Shown: in pieces, positions 49,201 through 57,981 of the stretch
How positions within the stretch are numbered: the first letter of the stretch is position 1
How the letters are laid out: every line of letters starts with the position of its first letter
NCBI GenBank assembly: GCA_034430425.1
Contig: DAOUEK010000007.1
Coordinates: forward strand, 1,090-65,089
Origin: Anaerolineales bacterium
GTDB taxonomy: Bacteria; Chloroflexota; Anaerolineae; Anaerolineales; E44-bin32
DNA length: 64,000 nt
Direction: 5' to 3'
The notes under the pieces: model-generated
The model's input: only the letters and a program-made list of their open reading frames with translations
The model's database searches: none
What the model was told of the DNA's origin: nothing
Made by a program: the position numbers and the translations under genes

Positions 49201-50879
49201 CCAAATCGCTGCCCGGCGTGGTCCACGCCGAGGACAACTTGTACACCTGTTCGCAGGACACTGTGGCGCATATTACCGAGACGGTAAAAGAAATGAATCT
49301 CAATCGTGTCGTCGTTGCCTCCTGTACGCCGCACACCCACGGCCTGCTCTTCCAAGACTGCATCCGCGCGGGTGGGCTTAATCCGGCATTGTTCGATATG
49401 GCCAACATCCGCAATCAATGCTCCTGGGTGCACTCCCACGACAAGCAAGCCGCCACGAGCAAGGCGCGTAGCCTCGTTCGAATGGCCGTGGGCCGTGTGA
49501 TCACACTGGAACCGATCCACACCAGCGAAGTTGAAATCGAACACAGCGCGCTGGTGGTCGGCGGAGGGGTCTCGGGCATGACGGCTGCCCTTTCCCTCGC
49601 CGAGAACGGCTTCGATGTCCATCTGGTCGAGCGGGAAGGACAGCTGGGCGGCAATTTCAACAAGGTGCACTATACCGTAAGCGGCGATGAGCCGCGCGAA
49701 CTTTTGGAAACCCTGATTGCCGATGTCGAGGCGGAAACCCGGATTAAAACCTATCTAAACCATGAAGTAGTCCACACCGACGGATTCATGGGAAAATTCA
49801 CCACCACACTGCGAGATCGAAAAGGGGAAACGCAGGTCGCACACGGCGTGACCATCATCGCCACCGGCGCCCAAGAGTATCACGGATCAGAATACGATTA
49901 CGAGAACAACCCGCGTGTGGTCACCGGTCTGGAATTGGAAGCGCTGCTTGCCAGAGCGCATGGATCCAACATCGATCTCGAAGATCGCGCTGCCGAAGCC
50001 TGGGAAGCGATTGGCAGACAGCTTCCCGCTGAAGTGGCGATGATCTTGTGCGTAGGTCCGGCAGAGCGCTTCTGTGCACGCCTGTGCTGCACCACGGCCT
50101 TGAAACAAGCCTTGACGATCAAGCGTCTCAAACCCGAGGCGGTCATCACGGTACTTTACAAAGACATCCGCACGTATGGCTTCAAGGAATCGCTCTACAC
50201 CGAGGCGCGTGGGGCCGGGGTTCGCTTCGTTCGCTACGACGACGACAACCGACCTGTCGTACGAAGTGTTGAGGCAGGATTGGAAATCGAAATCCGGGAT
50301 CACGTCTTGGGTGAAAACCTAACCTTGTATCCGGGCTTGCTCATGTTAAGCACACCGGCCGTGCCGGCCGAGGGCTCGCGTGAGTTGGCCTCCAAATTCA
50401 AAGTCTCACTCGATCAGGACGGATTCTTCATGGAAGCGCACATTAAACTGCGCCCGGTGGATTTTGCCTCCGACGGCTATTTCATGGCCGGCATGGCACA
50501 TTATCCCAAGTTCGTCGACGAGAGCATCGTCCAGGCTCAGGCGGCCGCCTCGCGTGCCGCGCGTATCATCTCTCGCCCCACGCTGACGGCAGGTGGCGTG
50601 GTTGCCCAGGTCGACCCAACGAAATGTGTCGGCTGCCTGACATGCGTTCGCGTCTGTCCTTATGGTGTGCCCAGGGTGATACCCAATACAACCGGCGTGG
50701 GGGAGATCAGCGGGGCAGCGTATATCGAACCCACGGTTTGCCACGGCTGCGGATCGTGCGCTTCCGAGTGCCCCGCCAAGGCCATCAGCGTCATCCACTA
50801 TCGTGACAACCAGATTACAATCAAATTGGATGCTTTACTGTCGGAGACATTTGATGATAAGGTCAAGGAGAAGGTGTAG
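46257..50879 (+). CDS. hdrA: HdrL-type large HdrA (two HdrA FAD modules plus GltD/NfnB-like NAD(P)H-binding insert), copy 1
   Basis: LDKTFPTNDCAMC; CRDACP..CGRICNHRCEDACNR; GAGPCGL; GGGNVAID; FLQCVGSRD..CSSVCCMYAAK; C-terminal 2x[4Fe-4S]. Confidence 0.93.
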   Translation: MSSKQRAQADPLDRAQNDPPAPVGAVLVVGGGIAGMQASLDLADQGYKVHLVETKSAIGGHMAQLDKTFPTNDCAMCTISPKLVDIGRHLNIDLRVDTDVLKVDGQPGDFTVTLRHKPRYIDPLKCVGCGDCVDVCPVVLPDPFNESLSSRRAAHKLYPQGVPNAFAISKLGISPCRDACPAGQRAQGYIALIREGRYDDALRVIKEDNPFPGICGRICNHRCEDACNRGLIDEPINIRALKRFVTDKVYQNPRQVREPVEITRKAKVAVIGAGPCGLTAAQDLAMLGYPVTVFEALPVAGGMLRVGVPEYRLPTEIIEREIADILDLGIDLKLNTTVEDMDELFDQGYEAVLVAVGAHEGIRLPIPGADLEGVLINTRFLRDVRLDNPPAIGDRVLVLGGGNVAIDCARTAVRMGAEVHMACLEPRDNLPGHAWEADAAEEEGVVIHADRTFIRIVDDGSGHAAGVECAQVAHFDFDHEGRLSVETVPDSEHVIEAGTIIFSVGQRAGLAFIPDDAGVGVTAQRTIAINPNTMAATRPGVFAAGDSVSGTAFVIEAVASGHQAAESIHRYLRGDELEPEPKPELPVVKFSHTELQARVRSGEIKPTGRIPLPELPVEERKGCFAEVEGGYSDEAAQAEAARCLACALCSECLSCQYICGRDAINHDEVASIEQLRVGAVILAPGYEIYNAELSAEYGLGRYPNVITALQLERLLSASGPTAGHVNRPSDGSPAKKVAFLQCVGSRDKSHDYCSSVCCMYAAKEAIMIKEHDPEAEVHVFMMDMRAFSKGYESYYRRAQQQYDIQYTRCRVSEFKEDPDSQDIVVRYASQSPTNGNGVTGSKSLTPGLLISEEHFDLVVLSVGMEISENVKALGRDLGIQLDEYGFCHTAFFNPLETTRPGIYAVGPFREPKDIPESVVDASGAAARAAGLLASARHSLTSSPEYPPERDVTGEDARVGVFVCHCGSNIGGFLDVPSVAEYAKSLPGVVHAEDNLYTCSQDTVAHITETVKEMNLNRVVVASCTPHTHGLLFQDCIRAGGLNPALFDMANIRNQCSWVHSHDKQAATSKARSLVRMAVGRVITLEPIHTSEVEIEHSALVVGGGVSGMTAALSLAENGFDVHLVEREGQLGGNFNKVHYTVSGDEPRELLETLIADVEAETRIKTYLNHEVVHTDGFMGKFTTTLRDRKGETQVAHGVTIIATGAQEYHGSEYDYENNPRVVTGLELEALLARAHGSNIDLEDRAAEAWEAIGRQLPAEVAMILCVGPAERFCARLCCTTALKQALTIKRLKPEAVITVLYKDIRTYGFKESLYTEARGAGVRFVRYDDDNRPVVRSVEAGLEIEIRDHVLGENLTLYPGLLMLSTPAVPAEGSRELASKFKVSLDQDGFFMEAHIKLRPVDFASDGYFMAGMAHYPKFVDESIVQAQAAASRAARIISRPTLTAGGVVAQVDPTKCVGCLTCVRVCPYGVPRVIPNTTGVGEISGAAYIEPTVCHGCGSCASECPAKAISVIHYRDNQITIKLDALLSETFDDKVKEKV

Positions 50880-51000
50880 GTTCTTATTACCATCCTTCGA
50901 CTTCACCTTCGGTTCCACTTAGGATGAATAGAGATCGCTTGATTTATTAGCGGTTGCGGAAAAAGATTAATAGATCATTGAACAGGATCAGGAAGGGAAT

Positions 51001-51477
51001 ATGGCCGAATTCGAGTCGCAAGTCGTCGCTTTTTGCTGCAGCCACTGCGCCTACAACGCTGCCGATCTCGCCGGCAGCCTGCGTATTCAGTACCCGGCGT
51101 CGATAAAAATCATCGAAGTGCAGTGCACCGGGCGTGTAGATATCGAACACATGCTCCATGCTTTCGAAGGCGGCGCCGACGGCGTAATGGTTGCGGGTTG
51201 AATGCCCGGCGACTGTCATTACCTGGAAGGTAATACAAACGCAAGACGACGGGTGGAATTCGCCCGCAAACTTTTGGAAGAAATCGGTCTCGAAAGCCAG
51301 CGGCTGCAGATGATCAACATATCCGCCGCCATGGCTGGCGAATTTTCCTTTGCCGCGGCAGAGATAACGGCAGAGATTCAACGTCTGGGACCCAATCCAC
51401 TACGTATCAACGGCGCCGGACAATCCGACGGTAATGCACCCGCCGTTGAGATAGCGAAAGCGGATGGCGAAAGTTGA
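51001..51477 (+). CDS. mvhD: MvhD-family subunit, selenocysteine form, copy 1 (in-frame UGA 51199-51201)
   Basis: ORFs 51001-51201 and 51202-51477 are in frame and read GADGVMVAG-UGA-MPGDCHY; UGA aligns with the Cys of the 35255 paralog. Confidence 0.93.
51214..51237 (+). other. Putative bacterial SECIS element (TGTCATTACC-TGGAA-GGTAATACA)
   Basis: Hairpin starts 12 nt after the UGA; 9-bp stem with one bulge; G-containing apical loop. Confidence 0.8.
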
Positions 51478-52657
51478 TTCCCTCAAACGCTTCGATGTTT
51501 TCGCAGAGCTTCCCGAGGATGCTCTGATGGAAATTTCGCGCCTGGCCAAACAGGAAGAACATCCTGAAGGAACGGTTCTTTTTCAGGAAGGTGCCACAGC
51601 GCATCAACTCTACCTGATATTGGATGGCAAGATCTCACTCGAGATGCTCGTGCAATTGGGCAGCACAGGCACACCCCGTCGCGCGGCGCTTAATATCGCC
51701 GGCCCAGGCAACGCCGTCGGCTGGTCGAGTATTGTCCCTCCCTATCTCTACACATCCTCCGGTGTGTGTATTGAAGATGTCAACCTGCTGACACTTCCCG
51801 GCGAAGATATACGCAGCTATATTACAGAACATCCCGACATCGGATGTGCAATTTACCAGCGTACGGCATCCTTGATCCGCGGACGAATGAGTAATGCCAC
51901 ATCGATGCTGATGTACTTCCTCTTCATCGTCTCCCATGAATTGAAACGACCCCTGGCCGCTGTGGAAAACTACCTGCAAATACTGTCCGGCGGTTATGCC
52001 GGCGAACTCAGTCCCAAACAAACCCACCTGATCGAACGTAGTACGCTGCGCATCGCCGACCTGCGCAACCTGATCAGCGACATTCTCGATTTCGCCCGCA
52101 TGCAGCCCGAGCAGATTCGCGCAGACTTCGAAAGTCTCGATCCGACTGAGCTCGGCGCCGAAGCGATCGAGGAAGTACGCTTGGCGGCGTCAGAGAAGAA
52201 CGTGCAGCTCAAAGTCATCGGGCCAACTGAATATCGGCCCATCGTCGTCGCTCGACGCCGGCTGCGGCAAGTCATCGCCAATATCCTGGCCAACGCAGTC
52301 AAGTTTTCCCCCGAGGGGAGCACCGTCACCCTAACCGCCCATGACACACCTAAAGCCCTGGTAATCGAAGTGATGGACGAGGGTATCGGCATCCCTGATG
52401 ATGAGCAGGAACACATATTCGATGATTTCTTCCGCGCCAGCAACGTGGGCGAATTCAGGGGCGCCGGCCTGGGTCTCTCCATCGCATATAAAATCATCGA
52501 AGCCCATGAGGGCTCGATCGAAGTCAAGAGCCCCTACGAAAAAGCGAAACCCGGAACCAAGTTCACCATCACCATCCCTCGGACGCTCCCTCTGCCTGGT
52601 CAGAGTAGGAAGTCTGAGCCCGGAACCCATGAGGAGAGGGGGGGATCACATGCGTGA
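51464..52657 (+). CDS. Soluble histidine kinase with N-terminal cNMP-binding (CRP-like) domain
   Basis: LFQEG...LYLILDGKISL cNMP fold; SHELKRPL; NAVKFS; DEGIGIP; GAGLGLSI. Overlaps the mvhD stop. Confidence 0.9.
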   Translation: MAKVDSLKRFDVFAELPEDALMEISRLAKQEEHPEGTVLFQEGATAHQLYLILDGKISLEMLVQLGSTGTPRRAALNIAGPGNAVGWSSIVPPYLYTSSGVCIEDVNLLTLPGEDIRSYITEHPDIGCAIYQRTASLIRGRMSNATSMLMYFLFIVSHELKRPLAAVENYLQILSGGYAGELSPKQTHLIERSTLRIADLRNLISDILDFARMQPEQIRADFESLDPTELGAEAIEEVRLAASEKNVQLKVIGPTEYRPIVVARRRLRQVIANILANAVKFSPEGSTVTLTAHDTPKALVIEVMDEGIGIPDDEQEHIFDDFFRASNVGEFRGAGLGLSIAYKIIEAHEGSIEVKSPYEKAKPGTKFTITIPRTLPLPGQSRKSEPGTHEERGGSHA

Positions 52658-53414
52658 GCAACCATATATTTTGATCGTGGACGACGATCCGGATATCGTC
52701 GAGGGGATTACCGCCGTGCTGGAAACGCGAGACTACCGCCTTGCCAGCGCTGGCGATGGCATTGCCTGCATGAAACTTATCCGGGAGAAGACCCCAGATT
52801 TATTGATCCTGGACATGATGATGCCGCGCATGGACGGTTTCGCCGTCATCCGCGAGCTTCGCGGCGATCCGAAGTATGTTGGTCTGCCCATCATTATTCT
52901 CACCACGGTCATTGAAGATGCCGCCTACCGCCGCTATGAACTTGAGACAGGGCTGGCTATGGATGTGCAAGCCTATATCGAGAAACCGGCACCGCCGGAT
53001 GTGTTGCTGCGCCACGTCACAGCGGTAGTCGATCTGCCCTATATTATTGTCGCCGATGACGACCCGGATATCGTTGCCGCGCTTACCACGGTCCTTGAAT
53101 CCAGGCCCTATCGGGTCAGCTCGGCCGCCAACGGTCAGAGCTGCATCGAACTGGTGCGCAAGCGCAAACCCGATCTACTCATCCTGGATTTACTCATGCC
53201 GCACATGGATGGTTTTGCCGTGATTCGCGAGCTGCGCAGCGAACCCCAATTTACCGATCTACCCATCATCATCCTCACTACCGTGGTTGAAGATGCCAGC
53301 CGCCGGCGTTACGAACTCGAGACGGGTCAGGACATGGCTGTTACACGATACATGCAGAAACCCGTGCCACCCAAGATGCTGCTCAAGCAAGTGAATGAGG
53401 TGTTGAAAAAATGA
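52650..53414 (+). CDS. Tandem REC-REC response regulator without output domain
   Basis: Two near-identical receivers (VDDDPDI..LLILDMMMP..EKP and ADDDPDI..LLILDLLMP..QKP); GAGG-rich RBS before ATG 52650. Confidence 0.9.
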   Translation: MREQPYILIVDDDPDIVEGITAVLETRDYRLASAGDGIACMKLIREKTPDLLILDMMMPRMDGFAVIRELRGDPKYVGLPIIILTTVIEDAAYRRYELETGLAMDVQAYIEKPAPPDVLLRHVTAVVDLPYIIVADDDPDIVAALTTVLESRPYRVSSAANGQSCIELVRKRKPDLLILDLLMPHMDGFAVIRELRSEPQFTDLPIIILTTVVEDASRRRYELETGQDMAVTRYMQKPVPPKMLLKQVNEVLKK

Positions 53415-56400
53415 GCGCGGACAAGGTCACCGGCGCAGTGATGGTCGTAGGCGGCGGTGTCGCCGGCATGCAGGCCAGTCTCGATCTGGCCGAGCAGGGA
53501 TTCCGGGTATTCCTGGTGGAAAGCCAGTCCGCCATCGGCGGTCACATGGCCAAACTGGACAAGACATTCCCCACCAACGACTGTGCCATGTGCATCATCA
53601 GCCCCAAGCTGGTTGAAACCGGTCGTCACCTCAACATCGACTTGATGGTTGACAGTGAAGTCGATAAGGTCGATGGGCAAGCGGGAGACTTCACCGTTAC
53701 CGTGCGGCGTAAACCGCGCTACATCGACATCGAGAAATGCGTTGGATGCGGAGATTGCGCTGAAGTGTGTCCGGTCGTGCTCACCGATAGGTTCAACGAA
53801 GGTTTGGCACCGCGCAAGGCGGTCTACAAACTCTATCCACAGGCGGTCCCCAATGCCTACACGATCGACAAGTTGGGCATTGCCCCTTGCCGCAACGCCT
53901 GTCCCGTCGATCAACGCGCCGAGGGTTACATCGCATTCATTGCAGAAGGCCGCTACCGCGAGGCCTACCGTGTGATCAAGGAAGACAATCCCTTCCCCAG
54001 TGTGTGTGGACGCACCTGCCATCACCCTTGCGAAGGCCACTGCGCTCGCGCCCTAGTCGACGAGCCGGTGAGCATCATGGCCCTGAAACGCTTCGTGATG
54101 GATTACGCCCTGGCCTACGGGCGCGAGAAAGTCGAACCCGTACCCCGCACACGACCGGAGTGGATCGCCGTGGTCGGTGCTGGGCCAGCCGGATTAACCG
54201 CCGCCCACGACCTGGTGAGAATGGGGTACGGCGTGACGGTCTACGAAGCGCTTCCCGTCGCCGGCGGGATGATGCGCGTCGGCATCCCCGCTCATCGTCT
54301 GCCCAAGGGCGTTTTACAGGACGACATCGACGACATCCTCGCGCTGGGCGTGGTGCTGAAAACCAACTCGCCGATTTCCGATCCCACGAAGTTGCTTAAG
54401 GAAGGTTACGACGCCGTTTGTCTGGCGACGGGGATTTCCACCCGCGATCATTCGTTGACCGTGGAAGGCGAGGACGCCGAGGGTGTACTCTCCGCAGCGA
54501 CCTTCCTGCGCAAAGTCAACCTGGGAGAACCGATCACCGTCGGCGAGCGCGTAGCTGTGATCGGCGGCGGCGTGACCGCCCTCGACGCAGCCACCGTTGC
54601 CCGACGTCTGGGCGCGGAAGAAGTTATCCTGGCCTACGACCGCCCACGCGGCGAGCTACCCGCCTACCAGTGGGAAATGGACGCCGTCGAAGCTGAAGGC
54701 ATCCGCCAGCTCGAACACACAACACTGACGCGCATCCTGACCAAAAACGACAGGGTGGTCGGTGTCGAACTGGCCCGCACCGGCCGCGGTACGACTAAAG
54801 ACAAACATGGCCGCCGACGCCCCAAGATCGAAGCCGGCAGCGAATTCACCCTCGAAGTCGATACCGTGATCGGTACCATCGGTCAGCAGTCCGACTTGAA
54901 CTACCTGCACCCTGCGTTCGAGGATCTAAACGGCGACAGCAGAACGCTGGCTTGTGAAGACGCCCCCGGATTGTTCGTCGTCGGTGGGCGCAAGACCGGC
55001 GCCAGCTTCATCGTCGAAGCCATTGCCCTGGGACATCGCGTGGCGAAATCGATTCATCATTATCTACAGGGCACATTCGACAAAATGGAAAAAATCACAC
55101 CACCGGTGGTCAAAGTCACACGCGAGGACATCGAGCGCCGCGTTAAAACGGGGGAGATCGAACTGCTGCCGCGCAACGAATCCAGGCTGCTGCACATGGA
55201 CGAGCGCGTGACAAGTTTTCGTGAAGTGGTTTTGGGGTTGACCGAACGCCAGGCGCGCGCCGAAGCCAAGCGCTGCCTGCAGTGCGGGAACTGTTCGGAA
55301 TGCCTGGCCTGCGTCTATGCTTGTGGCGCGGACGCCATCGATCACGAGATGGTCGAGACCATCCAGGATGTAAAGGTCGGCGCCATCATCCTGGCTCCCG
55401 GTTACCAGACCTATCAGGCTGAACTCTCCGCGGAATACGGTTTGGGCCGCTATCCCAATGTGATCACCGCACTGCAGCTCGAGCGTTTGCTCTCCGCCTC
55501 CGGACCGACCACAGGGCACGTAGTGCGCCCTTCGGACGGGCGCCCGGCGAAGAAAATCGCCTTCCTGCAGTGTGTCGGCTCCCGAGATCAGAATCACGAT
55601 TACTGCTCGGCCGTATGCTGCATGTACGCCACCAAGGAAGCCATTCTGGTCCGAGACCATGATCCCGAAGCCGAAGTGGATATCTTCATGATGGACATCC
55701 GCGCCTTCAGTAAAGGCTACGATGCCTATTACCAGCGTGCCCGGGAACAATTCGACATCCAGTACACCCGCTGCCGAGCATCTGAATTCAAGGAAGCCCC
55801 GGACACCAAGAACATTACGATCCGATATACAGAAGAACAAGGTGTCGGGGTTCGAAACCAGCCTGATTCCGATTTGCCCGAAACACGCATAACCGAAGCG
55901 GAATACGACCTCGTCGTGCTGTCGGTGGGCATGGAAATTTCACAATCCGTTAAAGAGCTCGGCCAGAGATTGGGCATCGAGCTCGACGACTACGGTTTTT
56001 GCAAAACGGCTTTCTTCAATCCCGTTGAAACCTCACAGCCGGGAATCTACGCTGCGGGACCTTTCCGTGAGCCTAAAGACATTCCCGAATCCGTGGTCGA
56101 CGCCAGCGGCGCAGCGGGTCAAGCTGCAACGCTGCTCGCCTCGGCTCGTGACCAACTGACACGCCAGGCCAGTTATCCGCCCGAAAAAACGGTCGGCGAA
56201 CCACGTGTAGGCGTCTTCGTTTGTCACTGCGGCTCCAACATCGCCGGTTACATGGATATCGAAGCCGTCACGGATTACGCCGCCAATCTGCCGCATGTGG
56301 TCCATGCCGACCACATGCTTTACACGTGCTCGCAGGACAGCACGGCGCAGATCCAGGCTTGCATCGTCGAACACGATTTGAACCGCGTCGTGGTGGCTTC

Positions 56401-57973
56401 CTGCACACCGCGCACGCACGGCTCGCTCTTCCGTGACGTGGTGCGTCAGGCGGGTTTGAACGAGTACCTGTTCACAATGGCCAACATCCGCAACCACTGC
56501 TCGTGGGTACACTCGCATGAACCCGATATCGCCACAGAAAAGGCGCAGGATTTAATCCGCATGTCCGTCTCCCGCGTGGTGGGCCTCGAGCCGCTGCACA
56601 CGCAGCCGGTTCCGGTGTGCCAGCAGGCGCTGGTCATCGGCGGCGGTGTGGCAGGCATGAACGCCGCGCTTGCGCTGGCAGAACAGGGTTTCCCCGTCCA
56701 CCTGGTCGAGAAAGAAAAAACCCTGGGCGGCAATTTGCGCGGGGTCTATTTCAATCATGATCCTGGTGATTCGAACGCCGGGCGCGATCCCCAGAATTAT
56801 TTACGGACGTTGATCAAAGAGATTGCAACTCATCCTGCGATAACGACGCACCTATCGAGCCAGGTGCTTCACACCACAGGCTTCGTCGGCAATTTCATCA
56901 CCATGCTGCAGAAGGAAAACGGCAGCCAGGCGGAAATCCAGCACGGTGCCACAATCGTCGCCACGGGCGGCCAGGAGTATCGCGGGGAGGAATATGGTTT
57001 TGCGGAAAGCCCGTGCGTGGTCACTGGACTGCAGTTCGAGGCTCTGTTGGCCAAAACTGGCCGCAAACGGGTGAAACTCGACGAGAAAACGAGTGCGACC
57101 TGGAAGTTGTTAGATAAAAAACCGCCGGATCAGGTGCTGATGATCCAATGCATCGGCCCGGCGGAGGAGACATGCGCCCGCACATGCTGCACCACCGCCT
57201 TGAAACAGGCTCTGCAGCTAAAAGCCCTGCATCCCGAGGCGCGCGTCGTCATGCTGCATCGCGACATGCGTACGTATGGATTCAAGGAGCGTCTTTACAA
57301 GCAGGCGCTCGAGCAAGGCGTGCTTTTCGTGCGCTACGACCCGACGCATAAACCCCAGGTATCTATCAAGGCTGACGGCCAAGTCCACGTGAACGTGCAG
57401 GATCCCGTACTCGGTACGCCGTTGAACTTCAAACCCGACTTACTCGTGCTTTCCACACCTCTCATCCCGGCGAAAGAAAATCAGACGTTGGCCACGAAGC
57501 TAAAGGTGCCCGTCGATTTGGATGGTTGGTTCCTGGAGGCGCACGTCAAACTACGGCCGGTGGATTTCTCCAACGAGGGCATTTTCCTGGCTGGGGCTGC
57601 CCACTACCCCAAACTGCTCGACGAGAGTATCGTACAAGCCCAGGCGGCCGCTTCGCGGGCTGCAACCATCCTGTCCCGCCAGACCTTAGATGCCGGCGGT
57701 TCCGTCGCCCGCGTTGATCCTGAAGCCTGCGTTGGCTGCCTGACGTGCGTGCGCATCTGCCCATATGGTGTGCCGCAGATGCAAATTAATCTTACCGGGG
57801 TTGGTGGCATCGTGGGCGCGGCCTACATCGAACCCGCTGTTTGCCAGGGATGCGGGACATGCGTTGCCGAGTGCCCCGCCTACGCCATCGAACTGCTGCA
57901 TTATCGCCACGACCAGTTGGAGGATGAGGTGGGTGCCTTATTCGAAACGAAGATTGAAGTACGTGAAGGGTGA
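53411..57973 (+). CDS. hdrA: HdrL-type large HdrA, copy 2
   Basis: Same domain order as copy 1: LDKTFPTNDCAMC, CRNACP..CGRTCHHPCEGHCAR, GAGPAGL, CSAVCCMYATK, terminal ferredoxin motifs. Confidence 0.93.
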   Translation: MSADKVTGAVMVVGGGVAGMQASLDLAEQGFRVFLVESQSAIGGHMAKLDKTFPTNDCAMCIISPKLVETGRHLNIDLMVDSEVDKVDGQAGDFTVTVRRKPRYIDIEKCVGCGDCAEVCPVVLTDRFNEGLAPRKAVYKLYPQAVPNAYTIDKLGIAPCRNACPVDQRAEGYIAFIAEGRYREAYRVIKEDNPFPSVCGRTCHHPCEGHCARALVDEPVSIMALKRFVMDYALAYGREKVEPVPRTRPEWIAVVGAGPAGLTAAHDLVRMGYGVTVYEALPVAGGMMRVGIPAHRLPKGVLQDDIDDILALGVVLKTNSPISDPTKLLKEGYDAVCLATGISTRDHSLTVEGEDAEGVLSAATFLRKVNLGEPITVGERVAVIGGGVTALDAATVARRLGAEEVILAYDRPRGELPAYQWEMDAVEAEGIRQLEHTTLTRILTKNDRVVGVELARTGRGTTKDKHGRRRPKIEAGSEFTLEVDTVIGTIGQQSDLNYLHPAFEDLNGDSRTLACEDAPGLFVVGGRKTGASFIVEAIALGHRVAKSIHHYLQGTFDKMEKITPPVVKVTREDIERRVKTGEIELLPRNESRLLHMDERVTSFREVVLGLTERQARAEAKRCLQCGNCSECLACVYACGADAIDHEMVETIQDVKVGAIILAPGYQTYQAELSAEYGLGRYPNVITALQLERLLSASGPTTGHVVRPSDGRPAKKIAFLQCVGSRDQNHDYCSAVCCMYATKEAILVRDHDPEAEVDIFMMDIRAFSKGYDAYYQRAREQFDIQYTRCRASEFKEAPDTKNITIRYTEEQGVGVRNQPDSDLPETRITEAEYDLVVLSVGMEISQSVKELGQRLGIELDDYGFCKTAFFNPVETSQPGIYAAGPFREPKDIPESVVDASGAAGQAATLLASARDQLTRQASYPPEKTVGEPRVGVFVCHCGSNIAGYMDIEAVTDYAANLPHVVHADHMLYTCSQDSTAQIQACIVEHDLNRVVVASCTPRTHGSLFRDVVRQAGLNEYLFTMANIRNHCSWVHSHEPDIATEKAQDLIRMSVSRVVGLEPLHTQPVPVCQQALVIGGGVAGMNAALALAEQGFPVHLVEKEKTLGGNLRGVYFNHDPGDSNAGRDPQNYLRTLIKEIATHPAITTHLSSQVLHTTGFVGNFITMLQKENGSQAEIQHGATIVATGGQEYRGEEYGFAESPCVVTGLQFEALLAKTGRKRVKLDEKTSATWKLLDKKPPDQVLMIQCIGPAEETCARTCCTTALKQALQLKALHPEARVVMLHRDMRTYGFKERLYKQALEQGVLFVRYDPTHKPQVSIKADGQVHVNVQDPVLGTPLNFKPDLLVLSTPLIPAKENQTLATKLKVPVDLDGWFLEAHVKLRPVDFSNEGIFLAGAAHYPKLLDESIVQAQAAASRAATILSRQTLDAGGSVARVDPEACVGCLTCVRICPYGVPQMQINLTGVGGIVGAAYIEPAVCQGCGTCVAECPAYAIELLHYRHDQLEDEVGALFETKIEVREG

Positions 57974-57981
57974 AGGCGAAA

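Noticed and set aside
51202-51477. Separate 91-aa gene starting at the ATG after the UGA (and 58240-58422)
   Set aside because: These are the C-terminal halves of MvhD; the N-terminal halves are in frame and incomplete alone.
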